Notes under the pieces: generated by a model
Databases searched by the model: none
What the model was told of the DNA's origin: nothing
The model's input: only the letters and a program-made list of their open reading frames with translations
Translations under genes and position numbers: made by a program
In this document: piece by piece, positions 38,571 through 48,092 of the stretch
Layout: the number at the start of each line of letters is the position of its first letter
Numbering within the stretch: position 1 is the stretch's first letter
NCBI GenBank assembly: GCA_963771465.1
Contig: CAVYTU010000016.1
Span: 1-64,000 of the forward strand
Length of the DNA stretch: 64,000 bases
Source of the DNA: an uncultured delta proteobacterium
Lineage (GTDB): Bacteria > Desulfobacterota > Binatia > UBA9968
Direction of reading: 5' to 3'

Positions 38571-39671
38571 TTAATCCAACTTCAGCAACCGTGCCGCGTT
38601 TTCGCCCATGATTTTGCGCTGGGTTTCGCTGTCCAAATCTTTGCGGTTGAGGATCATGTCGGTGACGCCGGGAAATGTCGCATCCCAGTGCGGATAGTCG
38701 GAGGCGAAGACGACATGGTCGGCGCCAATGGTCTCGATCACCTGGCCCAAGCGGGTTTCGTCGGCTTCGAACGAGACGAAACATTGGCGGCGAAAATAGT
38801 CGCTCGGTTTCATTTTCAACCACGGCACTTGAAACGGCAGGACTTCATGGTGTTCGTCCATGCGCCAGAGCCAGTAGGGCAGCCAGCCGGCACCGGCTTC
38901 GAGAAAGACGACTTGCAATTCCGGATTGCGCTCCAGAGTGCCTTTGCAGATCATTCCCAAGCTCGCGAGCATTTGTTCCACCGGATGGGAAACCGTGTGG
39001 GTAAAAAACCACTGGCCGGCGAAGCGGTCGGCACCGGCGGTGGGGAGAAATGCGCCGGAGCCTTCGTGCACCAACAACGGCACGCCGAGATCGACGACGG
39101 TTTTATAGAGCGGGTCGTAGTAGGGATCGTCGATGTTGCGGCCGTTTACTGGATTGGGTCGAACAAAAATGCCTTTGAAGCCGAGCTCGTTGACGACTCT
39201 TTGCGCTTCCGCAATGGCCATTTTCACATCTTGTACCGGGACGACGCCGACACCCATCAATCTGTTTCGATCCTCGCCGCAGTAATCGTAGAGCCAATTA
39301 TTGTATGCCCTGCACAGCGCCGCGGCGTACGCCTCTTCGTGGACGGACGTGAGATACAATCCTGCGGAGGGAAACAGCAGGCCGCGCTCGATGCGGTCGC
39401 GGTCCATGGCTTGGAGGCGCTGTTTAGGATGGGTCGCCAGATGGCGCTGTTCGTTCACAGGCGAGCCGTCGTCTTTAATGCGGAACGGCGTTTCGTCCGG
39501 GCGGCGATGATGCCGGTCGTCTTCCAGGCGAAAGAGCAGCTGGCCGTTGGCAACTTTTTCAATCTTCGGCGCGCGGGCGCGAAACGGCGCTTCAAGATAT
39601 TTCTCAAAAAGATCGTCGGCCTCGCGCACATGGCCGTCGACGTCGATAATTCTCATTCCATTCTCCGACAT
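38571..39671 (-). CDS. Amidohydrolase-2 family protein
   Basis: IIDVDGHVRE, RAYNNW, VHEG, FLEAGAGW and FASDYPHWD. Confidence 0.94.
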   Translation of the reverse strand: MSENGMRIIDVDGHVREADDLFEKYLEAPFRARAPKIEKVANGQLLFRLEDDRHHRRPDETPFRIKDDGSPVNEQRHLATHPKQRLQAMDRDRIERGLLFPSAGLYLTSVHEEAYAAALCRAYNNWLYDYCGEDRNRLMGVGVVPVQDVKMAIAEAQRVVNELGFKGIFVRPNPVNGRNIDDPYYDPLYKTVVDLGVPLLVHEGSGAFLPTAGADRFAGQWFFTHTVSHPVEQMLASLGMICKGTLERNPELQVVFLEAGAGWLPYWLWRMDEHHEVLPFQVPWLKMKPSDYFRRQCFVSFEADETRLGQVIETIGADHVVFASDYPHWDATFPGVTDMILNRKDLDSETQRKIMGENAARLLKLD

Positions 39672-39673
39672 GT

Positions 39674-40621
39674 TTATCTCCGTTCACGCAGAACTTCTTC
39701 GACCACCGAGGCGTCGACCACGCGATCTAGCGGTAAATCGGGTTTGCCCTGTTGGTCGAGCACGGTCTTGATCGCCTCGGCGAGTGGGCGAACGTCATCG
39801 ATGATCAACTTGGCATAGATGGCGTGAGATTCCACCGCCATAGCCTCATCAAGGCCATAAAATTTTTGCAGGAAGGCTACGGCCTCACCTTTCTGCTGCT
39901 TGATCCAACGCAAAGTGTCGAGCTGCGCGCGCACCAATTTTTTTACCTGTTCGCGTTCTTGCTGAATCTTGCGGGTCGATGTGCCGATGCCGACGGTGGC
40001 CATGTCGATGACATCGGACGCGGTGCCGAGAAGGTTGAAGCCCTGCCTTTTGGCGACGACGAAAAAAGGCAGTGAGATCGGTGTGGCATCGATCTGACCG
40101 GTGACCAGCGCGGGAAATCTGGTGTCCGAGCCGCCCATATTGACGAAGGCGACCTCGCGCGGATCGACGCCGCCGCGGCGCAGCAGATGGCGCGCGATGA
40201 AATCGTCGGCGGCGCCGATGGTGACGGCGATGGTTTTGCCCTTCAAGTCGGCGATGGTCTTGATATGGGGCCGGGTCACCAAGGTATGAAACGACGAGCG
40301 CAGCGCCAAGCTGACGATGCGCACCGGCGCGCCGGAGATGGCGCCGCGGGAGACCGTGCTGGCGCCCCAGGCGTAATCGATATCGCCGGTTTGGATCGCG
40401 CCGATGGTCAATGGCGGGCGCATGGCGATGATCTCCGCCTCGATGCCATGCTTACGAAAAAAGCCGCGCTCCCTGGCCGCCCAGGTGTCGAGGAAGCCGA
40501 GGGACTTGGAAGAGACGGCGATACGGACTTTTTCCGGCGCGCGTTCGGCGCTCAAGCCTATTTGCGCCAAGACGGTCACAATCAATAGCGCAATGAAAAA
40601 ATGTTGCGGCGAAAAGTTCAT
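39674..40621 (-). CDS. ABC transporter SBP, NMT1/THI5-like
   Basis: Signal peptide; RGFFRKHGIEAE and DLKGKTIAV. Confidence 0.92.
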   Translation of the reverse strand: MNFSPQHFFIALLIVTVLAQIGLSAERAPEKVRIAVSSKSLGFLDTWAARERGFFRKHGIEAEIIAMRPPLTIGAIQTGDIDYAWGASTVSRGAISGAPVRIVSLALRSSFHTLVTRPHIKTIADLKGKTIAVTIGAADDFIARHLLRRGGVDPREVAFVNMGGSDTRFPALVTGQIDATPISLPFFVVAKRQGFNLLGTASDVIDMATVGIGTSTRKIQQEREQVKKLVRAQLDTLRWIKQQKGEAVAFLQKFYGLDEAMAVESHAIYAKLIIDDVRPLAEAIKTVLDQQGKPDLPLDRVVDASVVEEVLRERR

Positions 40622-40704
40622 TTTTTGAACTGTGTATCCAGGCAGCCGCAGGATAGCAAGGGATGGTTGATCCGACAATAAGTCCACGCTAGTGTCGGGC
40701 GACT

Positions 40705-41688
40705 ATGGCGAATCGAAGAAAGATGATGAGTACGGTTTGGTTGCTGGCGCTGCTGGCGATGTGTTCACTCTTCGCAGGACCGGTGATCGCCGCCGAAAAG
40801 CTGCGCGTGAGCAATTGCTACATCGGCGGCGCGATTCTGCCTCTGTGGCTTGCGAAAGACGCGGGCTTCTACGCGCGCGAAGGGTTGGATGTCGAGCAGA
40901 TCTGGATTCAGGGCAATCCGGCGGTATCGTCCTTGATCTCGGGCGAGATCGATCTCCTATACTGCATTCCACACAACATCATCGGCGCCATGGCCAACGG
41001 CGCGGATTTGCAATTCATCGCCAGTATCTACAACCGCATGCAGTACCGCATCGTTGCCGCGCCCGGTATCGACAAGGTCGAGCAGCTAAAAGGCAAAGTA
41101 GTCGGCATTGCACGGATTCACGATGTCTCACATTTCTATATGCGTCTGGCGCTCAAGAGACTGGGCATGAATCCCGATCAAGATGTCCGGGTGGTTTCCA
41201 CTGGTGGCCAGGCGGACCGGACTCTGGCGCTGAAAAACGGCCGGGTGGCGGCGACGATTTTGAATCCCGCCTTCGCGATGACGCTGGAGAAAGACGGCTT
41301 TAAAACTATTCTCGATATCGAGAGTCTAAACTTTCCCGTGGTCGGCAACATGAGCGCGGTGCGCCGGGCGTTTTTGAAAGATCGCCGTCCGGTGGCGCTG
41401 CGCTTCGTGCGCGCTTTAGTGGCGAGCATGAAAAAGATTCAGGACGACCCGGAATTCAGCAAGAAGGTCTTGGCGAAAAATCTACGTTTGCAGGATAAAG
41501 CGATTATCGACGAGAACTATCGCTTCAATTCGGGAAAGTTTCTCGAACCGTTTCCAACCTTGCCGCTTGATGGCTTGCGCTACGCCATCGATTCACTGGT
41601 GCCGACTGTGCCGGCGGCCAAAAATTTAAAAGCCGAGGCGCTGATCGATCCGAGTATTCTTGCCGAGGTGGCGAAAGCGATGCCCTAG
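40705..41688 (+). CDS. ABC transporter SBP, NMT1/THI5-like
   Basis: Signal peptide; AGFYAREGLDVE, QLKGKVVG and GMNPDQDV. Confidence 0.92.
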   Translation: MANRRKMMSTVWLLALLAMCSLFAGPVIAAEKLRVSNCYIGGAILPLWLAKDAGFYAREGLDVEQIWIQGNPAVSSLISGEIDLLYCIPHNIIGAMANGADLQFIASIYNRMQYRIVAAPGIDKVEQLKGKVVGIARIHDVSHFYMRLALKRLGMNPDQDVRVVSTGGQADRTLALKNGRVAATILNPAFAMTLEKDGFKTILDIESLNFPVVGNMSAVRRAFLKDRRPVALRFVRALVASMKKIQDDPEFSKKVLAKNLRLQDKAIIDENYRFNSGKFLEPFPTLPLDGLRYAIDSLVPTVPAAKNLKAEALIDPSILAEVAKAMP

Positions 41689-41692
41689 GGTA

Positions 41693-41722
41693 AGGATGAA
41701 GGATAAAGGCAGAAGGATGAAG
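41693..41722. repeat. AGGATGA heptamer tandem repeat (single arm)
   Basis: aggatga aggataa aggcaga aggatga after the stop codon. Confidence 0.75.
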
Positions 41723-41741
41723 CGGCACGTTTCGGAACAAG

Positions 41742-41806
41742 GATTTCTCTCTACCTTCGAAATGACACGGGGTGCTGAGCTGTCATCTCGAACAAAGTGA
41801 GAGATC
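41742..41806. repeat. REP/MITE-like imperfect inverted repeat
   Basis: gatttctctctaccttcgaaatgaca-N13-tgtcatctcgaacaaagtgagagatc. Confidence 0.6.
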
Positions 41807-41813
41807 TTGCGTC

Positions 41814-42026
41814 CTAACGGCCAAAGAGTTTCTTGATCCAGCCGGAGTCTTCGAGCTTCTTAATCAGGAAATTGTCGACCATCACCTTGGCGTCGAAGCG
41901 GGCTAAGTCGGGTTGGTCTTCGGTCATCATATTGGTTTGTTTCTGCAACTGGTTGACCGATGCGTAGGGTGGAATCTCCGTCCGATTCGCCAGGGTGTTC
42001 CAGGCTTCTTCGAGATGAACTTCCTC
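41814..42026 (-). pseudogene. 3' remnant of an NMT1-like SBP
   Basis: LEEAWNTL...PPYASV...DAKVMVDNFLIKKLEDSGWIKKLFGR* is a typical SBP C-terminus; upstream of it the listed ORF is antisense to other genes. Confidence 0.75.
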
Positions 42027-42122
42027 GGCGGTGCGAGATTGGAAAACATGCTCGTCGTAATCAAGAACGGCGGTGAGTTTATGGACTATTTCCCTCGTGG
42101 TTAGATTTTGGTCGCGCCGCGG
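42021..42122 (+). pseudogene. 3' remnant of an M24 (Xaa-Pro) peptidase
   Basis: FLGGARLENMLVVIKNGGEFMDYFPRG*ILVAPR carries the GxRxE(D/N) terminal metal-ligand motif and an internal stop. Confidence 0.65.
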
Positions 42123-42320
42123 TGGGCTATCCAGGATTTCGAAATCACCGCGATGACGTGCCGATTCGCAGAAACTGCCATCGCCCGCGTCGGTTAGATT
42201 TTGATGTTTGGCCGGCAATTTAGATTTCAAAATACTAGAAGCGTCCGACGCTTTTCGGCAGAACGCTGCATTCGTTGCAAGGCGACATAATCCGTGAAAC
42301 ATTAATGCGGGAAGAGAATC

Positions 42321-43502
42321 ATGCCGGTAAAAATTCTCGATAACATCACCGTCATCGAGTGCGCGACGTTTGTTACTGGGCCGTACGCGACTTCGCTGCT
42401 TGCCGATCTTGGCGCGCGGGTGATTAAGATCGAATCGGCGCCGGATGGCGATCCTTATCGCTATTTTGCGCCTGATCCGGTTTATAGTTTCAACTTTGCC
42501 CACTTGAATCGCAACAAAGAGAGTTTGGTGCTCGATTTGAAAGCACCGAAGGGTAAAGAGATTTGCTTGGGGCTGCTCAAGTCGGCGGATGTGTTCGTGG
42601 AAAATTTCCGGCCTGGAGCGGCACAGCGGCTTGGCCTTGGCTACGATGCGCTGCGCGAAGTCAACTCGAAGCTCGTTTATTGCTCGATTTCCGCTTTCGG
42701 CCAGACGGGACCGTACGCCGAGAAACCTGGCTTCGATACTTTGGGTCAGGCGATGAGCGGATTACTCAGTTTGCTCAGCGATCCGAACGATCCAAAAGTT
42801 ATGGGCATGGCGGTGTCGGATTACGTCACCGGACTTTCCGCAGCGTACGGCATTCTCGGTGCGCTGCTAGCGCGAGTCAATTCCGGCGTTGGCTGCCGCG
42901 TGGAAACGTCTCTCTTGCAGGCGACGTTGTCGTTCATCGGCGAGACCGCCGCGGGTTATCTGCGCACGGGCAACGTGCCCAATCGGCTGGCGCGGGTGAA
43001 GAATGCGCATGCCTTCGCGCTGGTTTGCCAAGACGGCAAGCCGCTGGCGATTCATTGTTCAGTCCCGAAGAAATTCTGGCTGGCGCTTTTGAAAGCGGTC
43101 GAGCGGACGGATATTGCTGCGGATGAACGGTTCAAGACCCGAGACGGTCGCCGGCAGAATTATGAACTCCTCGAACAGACTTTAGCGCCGACATTCAAAA
43201 CCAAGACGCGGGATGAGTGGCTAACGATTCTCGATGCCAACGATGTACCGGCGGTGCCGCTTTATAATGTTGCCGAGGTGCTCGACGATCCTCAGGTAAA
43301 GCATCTTGGACTGATGGAAGAGCTGGAACATCCGCAAGCGGGAAAGCTCAGCTTCGTCGGCGGGCCGGTGCGATACGATAATTTTGCCAGGGAAAACTCT
43401 TTGCCGCCGCCGCTCGTCGGCGAGCATAGCGCGAAAATTCTCCGCGAACTGGGATTTGACAGCGACGCCAGCAAAGTTCCGCAATCCCAGGGCGCTCGGT
43501 AG
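42321..43502 (+). CDS. Family III CoA-transferase (CaiB/BaiF)
   Basis: LADLGARVIKIE, NRNKESL, ENFRPG and GFDTLGQAMSG. Confidence 0.95.
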   Translation: MPVKILDNITVIECATFVTGPYATSLLADLGARVIKIESAPDGDPYRYFAPDPVYSFNFAHLNRNKESLVLDLKAPKGKEICLGLLKSADVFVENFRPGAAQRLGLGYDALREVNSKLVYCSISAFGQTGPYAEKPGFDTLGQAMSGLLSLLSDPNDPKVMGMAVSDYVTGLSAAYGILGALLARVNSGVGCRVETSLLQATLSFIGETAAGYLRTGNVPNRLARVKNAHAFALVCQDGKPLAIHCSVPKKFWLALLKAVERTDIAADERFKTRDGRRQNYELLEQTLAPTFKTKTRDEWLTILDANDVPAVPLYNVAEVLDDPQVKHLGLMEELEHPQAGKLSFVGGPVRYDNFARENSLPPPLVGEHSAKILRELGFDSDASKVPQSQGAR

Positions 43503-43547
43503 TTGCTCGCGTTCCGTTGTCCAAAAAATATTCTCTCTTTCCATCCG

Positions 43548-44828
43548 ATGAAACGCGATATTTATTTGTTTGCATGGGTTTTGGTGCTGCTGGCGCTGCC
43601 GATGCGTGGCGCCTTCGGGGTTCAGCTCACGGCCGGTACACCGGAGATTTTCAAGCAATACTCCGAGCATGTGGTGAAAATCGAAGTCGTCGAGACTGCC
43701 TCCGCGGCGAAGGCGTCCATCGGCACGGGCTTTTTTGCCGACAAACTTGGCCGGATCGTCACCAACTACCATGTGATCTCTAAATTAGTTCACTCGCCGG
43801 AACGTTATCGTATCGTGCTCACCGACGTGGCCGGACAAACGAGTGCGGCAAGCGTGCTCGGCGTCGATGTAGTTTACGATCTGGCAATACTGCGCCCCGA
43901 TCGACGGCCCAAGGGATTTCTCGCCTTGGAGTCCAAGCCGGTGGAGCAAGGCACGCGGCTCTACTCGCTCGGCCATCCACGCGATCTCGGCTTGACGATC
44001 GTCGAGGGCACGCACAACGGCCTGCTCAAGCATACGCTATATCCCAAAGTTCATTTCACCGGTTCGCTCAATCCCGGCATGAGCGGCGGGCCGACGTTGA
44101 CGCAATCCGGCCAAGTCATCGGCGTCAACGTCGCCACCGAAGGCAACCAGATTAGTTTCCTCGTGCCGGCGGAGCGCGCTGTGGCTTTGCTTGAAAAAAC
44201 GTCGAGTACGGCGAATCCCGCCGCGGCGAGTTTCCTCGCTGACGTTGGCCGCCAGATTCACGCCAATCAGACGCGCTATCTGGAAGGCATGTTCGGCGCC
44301 AACACGCCGAGAGTTGAATTGGGCCCCTACGATTTACCGACCAAGCCGACCGAGTTTTTTCGTTGTTGGGCCGACGCCTTGCGACGTAAAGAACTGCCCT
44401 ATGTATCGATAAGCCACGATTGCTCGACCGACGATTACATCTTCGTTTCGAGCGAGCAATCTTCCGGGATCGTCCGCTTCTTTCACCAATTTCTGTCGAC
44501 GGAAGAACTCAATCCGCTGCGCTTCTTCACGCTTTACTCGGCGCAGTTCCAAGCGGGCAACGCGGTGATGTTCGGCAATGAAGAAGAAGTCACGCCGTTT
44601 CGCTGTCAGACGCGCAACGTCAACGCCGCCAAGGGCAAGCTCAAAGCGGTCTTATGCGCGCGCCAATATCTGAAACTGCCGGGGTTGTACGACGCCGTGT
44701 TCAAGGTGGCGACCCTCGGCGGGCGCAACGCCGGTTTGGTGTCGACTTTAAGTCTGTCCGGTGTGAGCTTCGATAACGTGCAGAGCGTGAGCCGGCGCTA
44801 TATGGAGAACATCAAGTGGCAGCGCTAG
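43548..44828 (+). CDS. Secreted trypsin-like (S1C) serine protease with Cys-rich C-terminal domain, no PDZ
   Basis: Signal peptide; TNYHV, YDLA and NPGMSGGP triad. Confidence 0.92.
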   Translation: MKRDIYLFAWVLVLLALPMRGAFGVQLTAGTPEIFKQYSEHVVKIEVVETASAAKASIGTGFFADKLGRIVTNYHVISKLVHSPERYRIVLTDVAGQTSAASVLGVDVVYDLAILRPDRRPKGFLALESKPVEQGTRLYSLGHPRDLGLTIVEGTHNGLLKHTLYPKVHFTGSLNPGMSGGPTLTQSGQVIGVNVATEGNQISFLVPAERAVALLEKTSSTANPAAASFLADVGRQIHANQTRYLEGMFGANTPRVELGPYDLPTKPTEFFRCWADALRRKELPYVSISHDCSTDDYIFVSSEQSSGIVRFFHQFLSTEELNPLRFFTLYSAQFQAGNAVMFGNEEEVTPFRCQTRNVNAAKGKLKAVLCARQYLKLPGLYDAVFKVATLGGRNAGLVSTLSLSGVSFDNVQSVSRRYMENIKWQR

Positions 44829-45790
44829 GCTACATTGAAATCCTCGACGTCAAAGGCAATGCGATCGAACGCCATGGGATCGAATCGTTTCCCGTCAGCA
44901 TCGGCCGCGCCTATACGAATCAAGTGATTGTCGGCGACCCCTATGTATGTCCGATGCATTTGACCATCGCGCCGGATGAACAGGGTCGTCTGATCGCGCG
45001 CGATTTGGACAGCGTCAATGGCTTGCGCGGCCAGGCAGGCGATCGAGTGGCGACGCTGGAAATTCAGTCCGGTTCCCAGTTTCGTATCGGCCGCACCTCG
45101 CTCAGATATTGCAGTGTCGATCATCCCTTGGCGCCGACGGCAGTCGACGGCATCGAGCTGGTTTCGCGCTTGACGTCGCCCTTTGCGGCCGTTGCCGCTG
45201 GAGCGCTTGTCTTGATGGCGCTTTGTCTGGAGTCGTTTTTGTCCAGCATCGAGCGCGCTAAGGCGATCAACATCATCAGCGAGCCGTTGCCGATCATCGC
45301 CACCATGCTTGGTTGGGCCGGCCTGTGGTCGTTGGCTAGCCGGATCGTCGTCAGCCACTTTAACTTTGCGCCGCACGCGACGATCGCCTGCGTGGCGCTG
45401 CTGGGCACGAGTTTGCTCGGAATAGGGTCGGAGTGGCTAGAGTTTTTCTTCCCCGCGATTCCGATGCTTTGGCTCCTGGGACTTCTGGGGTATGGCCTCG
45501 TCCTTGCCGGCTTAGTTTATGGTCATCTTGGTTTCGCTTCGTTCATGCGATCGCGCGCGCGGCTGCGGGCGGCGTTGGCGGTCAGCATCGCCGTGATCGG
45601 TATGAACACGATCTCGTACTTCGCGGCTCGCAGTAGGTTTTCCACCGTCATGGAATACACCGGCGTCTTGAAACCGGTTGACGCGTCGCTGCTGCCGGCG
45701 ACTTCGGTGGATCAGTTCATCGCCGGTAGTCAAAAGATTAAAAGCGAACTGGAAGGATTGGCGCTCAAGGCCAAGGTGTCACAACCTTAA
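44816..45790 (+). CDS. FHA-domain membrane protein
   Basis: SIGRAYTNQVIVGDPYVCPMH...DLDSVNG followed by TM helices; overlaps the protease stop. Confidence 0.88.
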   Translation: MAALGYIEILDVKGNAIERHGIESFPVSIGRAYTNQVIVGDPYVCPMHLTIAPDEQGRLIARDLDSVNGLRGQAGDRVATLEIQSGSQFRIGRTSLRYCSVDHPLAPTAVDGIELVSRLTSPFAAVAAGALVLMALCLESFLSSIERAKAINIISEPLPIIATMLGWAGLWSLASRIVVSHFNFAPHATIACVALLGTSLLGIGSEWLEFFFPAIPMLWLLGLLGYGLVLAGLVYGHLGFASFMRSRARLRAALAVSIAVIGMNTISYFAARSRFSTVMEYTGVLKPVDASLLPATSVDQFIAGSQKIKSELEGLALKAKVSQP

Positions 45791-45908
45791 CGGAACGTTG
45801 CCGGCTCGATTCGCCATTTACGGTTTGACTTAAGCAGGTCGGCTAGCTAGTTTACGGCTCGTTCAAGTTTTCATCCTTCAAGATTCAACCATGTCGAAGG
45901 GACGAGAT

Positions 45909-46910
45909 ATGATTTTTGACGTTGAGATCAATTCTGCCGCGCATTATCCCGCGGCCGATGTGCCGGGCCTGATCGAGCTGGCTGAGCAGGTCGGTTTCGG
46001 CGCGTTCTGGAAAGGCGAATCGAACAGCACCGATCCGTTCGTGATGCTCTCGGCGGTGGCGAGCCGAACCAAAGAGATCAAGCTCGGCACGGCGATCTAT
46101 CATATTTATGGCCGCAGCCCGGTGACGCTCGGCATTCAGTCCGCGACGCTTCAGGATCTATCCGGTGGCCGTCTGCTGCTGGGTCTCGGTGTCGCTAACA
46201 AGGCGATCGCCGGCTGGCATGGTGGCGTTTTCGATCGTCCGCTCAAGCGCGCGCGCGAATATATCGATGTGGTCCGCAAAGTCGCCGCCGGCGAGCGCGT
46301 GGAGTATGAAGGCGAGATTTACAATACCGGCAAGCGCTTCCAACTATCTTGGAAGCCAAGTTATCCCAACGTGCCGGTGTATCTTGCCGGCTTGGGGCCG
46401 CAGATGACCAAGCTGGTGGGAAAAATTTCCGACGGCGTGTTTATCAACATGGCGACCCCGGCCAAGGTGAAAGAGATCGCGGCGCGGGTGCGCGAGGGCG
46501 CCGTCGAAGCGGGCCGCGATCCGAGTAAAATTGAGATCATCGCCAAATCGCGAGTGTCGCTCAATCCCGACAAAAACGCCGCGCGCGCCAAGCTGCGCCA
46601 AGTGCTGACGTTTTACAACATCGCCGATCATTACAGCGACATGTTGCGCGGCATGGGTTTCGATAAAGAAGTAAGCGCGATCCACGAAGCGTTTCAAAAA
46701 GGTGGTTTCAAAGCGGCCATGGGCGCGCTGACCGATGAATATATGGACAAACTGCCCGTCGTGCCCGCCAGCGACGTTCGCGAGATCAAAGACAAGATGA
46801 AAGCCTTCGAAGAAGCCGGCGTGACGCGCATGGTGATTCCTTACGTGCCGGTGACCGAGCCGGTGGTCGACGATGCCCGGCGATTTTTCGAGGCGTGGGG
46901 AAATTCATAG
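45909..46910 (+). CDS. LLM-class (Mer-like, possibly F420-dependent) oxidoreductase
   Basis: DPFVMLSAVASRTKEIKLGTAI, SGGRLLLGLG and VYLAGLGPQM. Confidence 0.92.
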   Translation: MIFDVEINSAAHYPAADVPGLIELAEQVGFGAFWKGESNSTDPFVMLSAVASRTKEIKLGTAIYHIYGRSPVTLGIQSATLQDLSGGRLLLGLGVANKAIAGWHGGVFDRPLKRAREYIDVVRKVAAGERVEYEGEIYNTGKRFQLSWKPSYPNVPVYLAGLGPQMTKLVGKISDGVFINMATPAKVKEIAARVREGAVEAGRDPSKIEIIAKSRVSLNPDKNAARAKLRQVLTFYNIADHYSDMLRGMGFDKEVSAIHEAFQKGGFKAAMGALTDEYMDKLPVVPASDVREIKDKMKAFEEAGVTRMVIPYVPVTEPVVDDARRFFEAWGNS

Positions 46911-46911
46911 A

Positions 46912-46961
46912 CGTGGCTCGTGTTCGTGGCAATCGATCACGAGCACGAACACGATGCACGA
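46912..46961. repeat. TCGTGN hexamer repeats with inverted arm
   Basis: cgtgg c tcgtgt tcgtgg ... tcacga gcacga acacga tgcacga. Confidence 0.85.
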
Positions 46962-47018
46962 TCAGTGATAGAGCATCGCTGCAATTAGCGATCAAAGACG
47001 AACTACAAGGAGGAGACG

Positions 47019-48035
47019 ATGTGTGATTTTGCCGCCGACGGGAAGGCCGCCGAAGAATTGATGTTGGGACGTACGTTGACCGTAGCGCGAGCGCGCGAGC
47101 TCAATGCCAAGGATTACTTCTATCAGATGCTAAAGGACAACCCGGAGATGCTCAAAATCTATCCGGGGATCGAGAACGAACTGCTCGACGGCGCCATCGA
47201 TTGCCATATTCACGCTTTCCCCGATTTCGTCCATCGCTCCCAGGATATGATCCAGATCGCCATCGAGGCTTCCAAGTGCGGCATGCGCGCCATTGCCTTC
47301 AAAGATCACTGGAACATCAGCGCCACGTCGGCCTACCTCACCCAACGCCATATCGATGACATGATCACCCGCGGCGAGCTCACGCACCGCGTCGAAGTGT
47401 ACGGCGGCGTCGGCATGTGTTTCGGCATGCGCCCAGACTACGTCCGCGTCGGCCTGCAATATCCCAACTTCAAAATGATTTGGTTTCCGTCGTTTACTTC
47501 CTACGGATTTTGGCGCAGTGCCGGCCACCCGGATCATGAAGGCGTGCGCTTGTGCAGCGAAGACGGCAAAGTATTGCCGGAAGTGAAACAGATCATGGAA
47601 ATGGCCGCCGAAAAGAAAGTCGGCATCGGCTTCGGCCACACCGATTTCGAAGAATTACTGCCGTTGGCCCAGTTGGCCAAAGAGATCGGCAATCGCGCGA
47701 CCCTCGACCATCCTTTGCTCGAATTGAACAAACTGCTGCTCGACGAGATGAAGCAGTTACGCGATCTCGGCGTTTACGTCGGCACCTATTGCCAGCCGAT
47801 GATTCCGAGTTTGTATCAGCCGGTCGCCGATCCGATGGAAACCATCCGCACGATCAAAGAAATCGGCCCCGACCGCTGCATCATCGGCAGCGACTTCGGC
47901 CAGGTATTGCACATGGATGCCATCGACGGCATGCGCGTGTTCCTGCGCGCATTGTTAGGCTTCGGTATCAAGCCGGAAGAAGTGAAACTGATGCTAAAGG
48001 ACAACCCGGCTAAACTGATGTGGTTGGATGATTAG
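47019..48035 (+). CDS. DUF6282-like amidohydrolase-fold metalloprotein
   Basis: AGGAGG RBS; AIDCHIHAFPD, AFKDH, GFGH, DHP and GSDFGQ. Confidence 0.8.
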   Translation: MCDFAADGKAAEELMLGRTLTVARARELNAKDYFYQMLKDNPEMLKIYPGIENELLDGAIDCHIHAFPDFVHRSQDMIQIAIEASKCGMRAIAFKDHWNISATSAYLTQRHIDDMITRGELTHRVEVYGGVGMCFGMRPDYVRVGLQYPNFKMIWFPSFTSYGFWRSAGHPDHEGVRLCSEDGKVLPEVKQIMEMAAEKKVGIGFGHTDFEELLPLAQLAKEIGNRATLDHPLLELNKLLLDEMKQLRDLGVYVGTYCQPMIPSLYQPVADPMETIRTIKEIGPDRCIIGSDFGQVLHMDAIDGMRVFLRALLGFGIKPEEVKLMLKDNPAKLMWLDD

Positions 48036-48092
48036 CAGCCGATAGGCGTCACGCAATCGTAGACCGTCATACGCTGCGCCTGACATTTTCTC

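Noticed and set aside
33264-39818. Long antisense ORFs (33264..34067, 37008..37952, 38688..39818 and similar)
   Set aside because: Antisense shadows of well-supported genes, typical of high-GC DNA
41814-42503. 229-aa ORF as a real gene
   Set aside because: Chimera of antisense CoA-transferase, intergenic DNA, antisense M24 relic and an SBP tail
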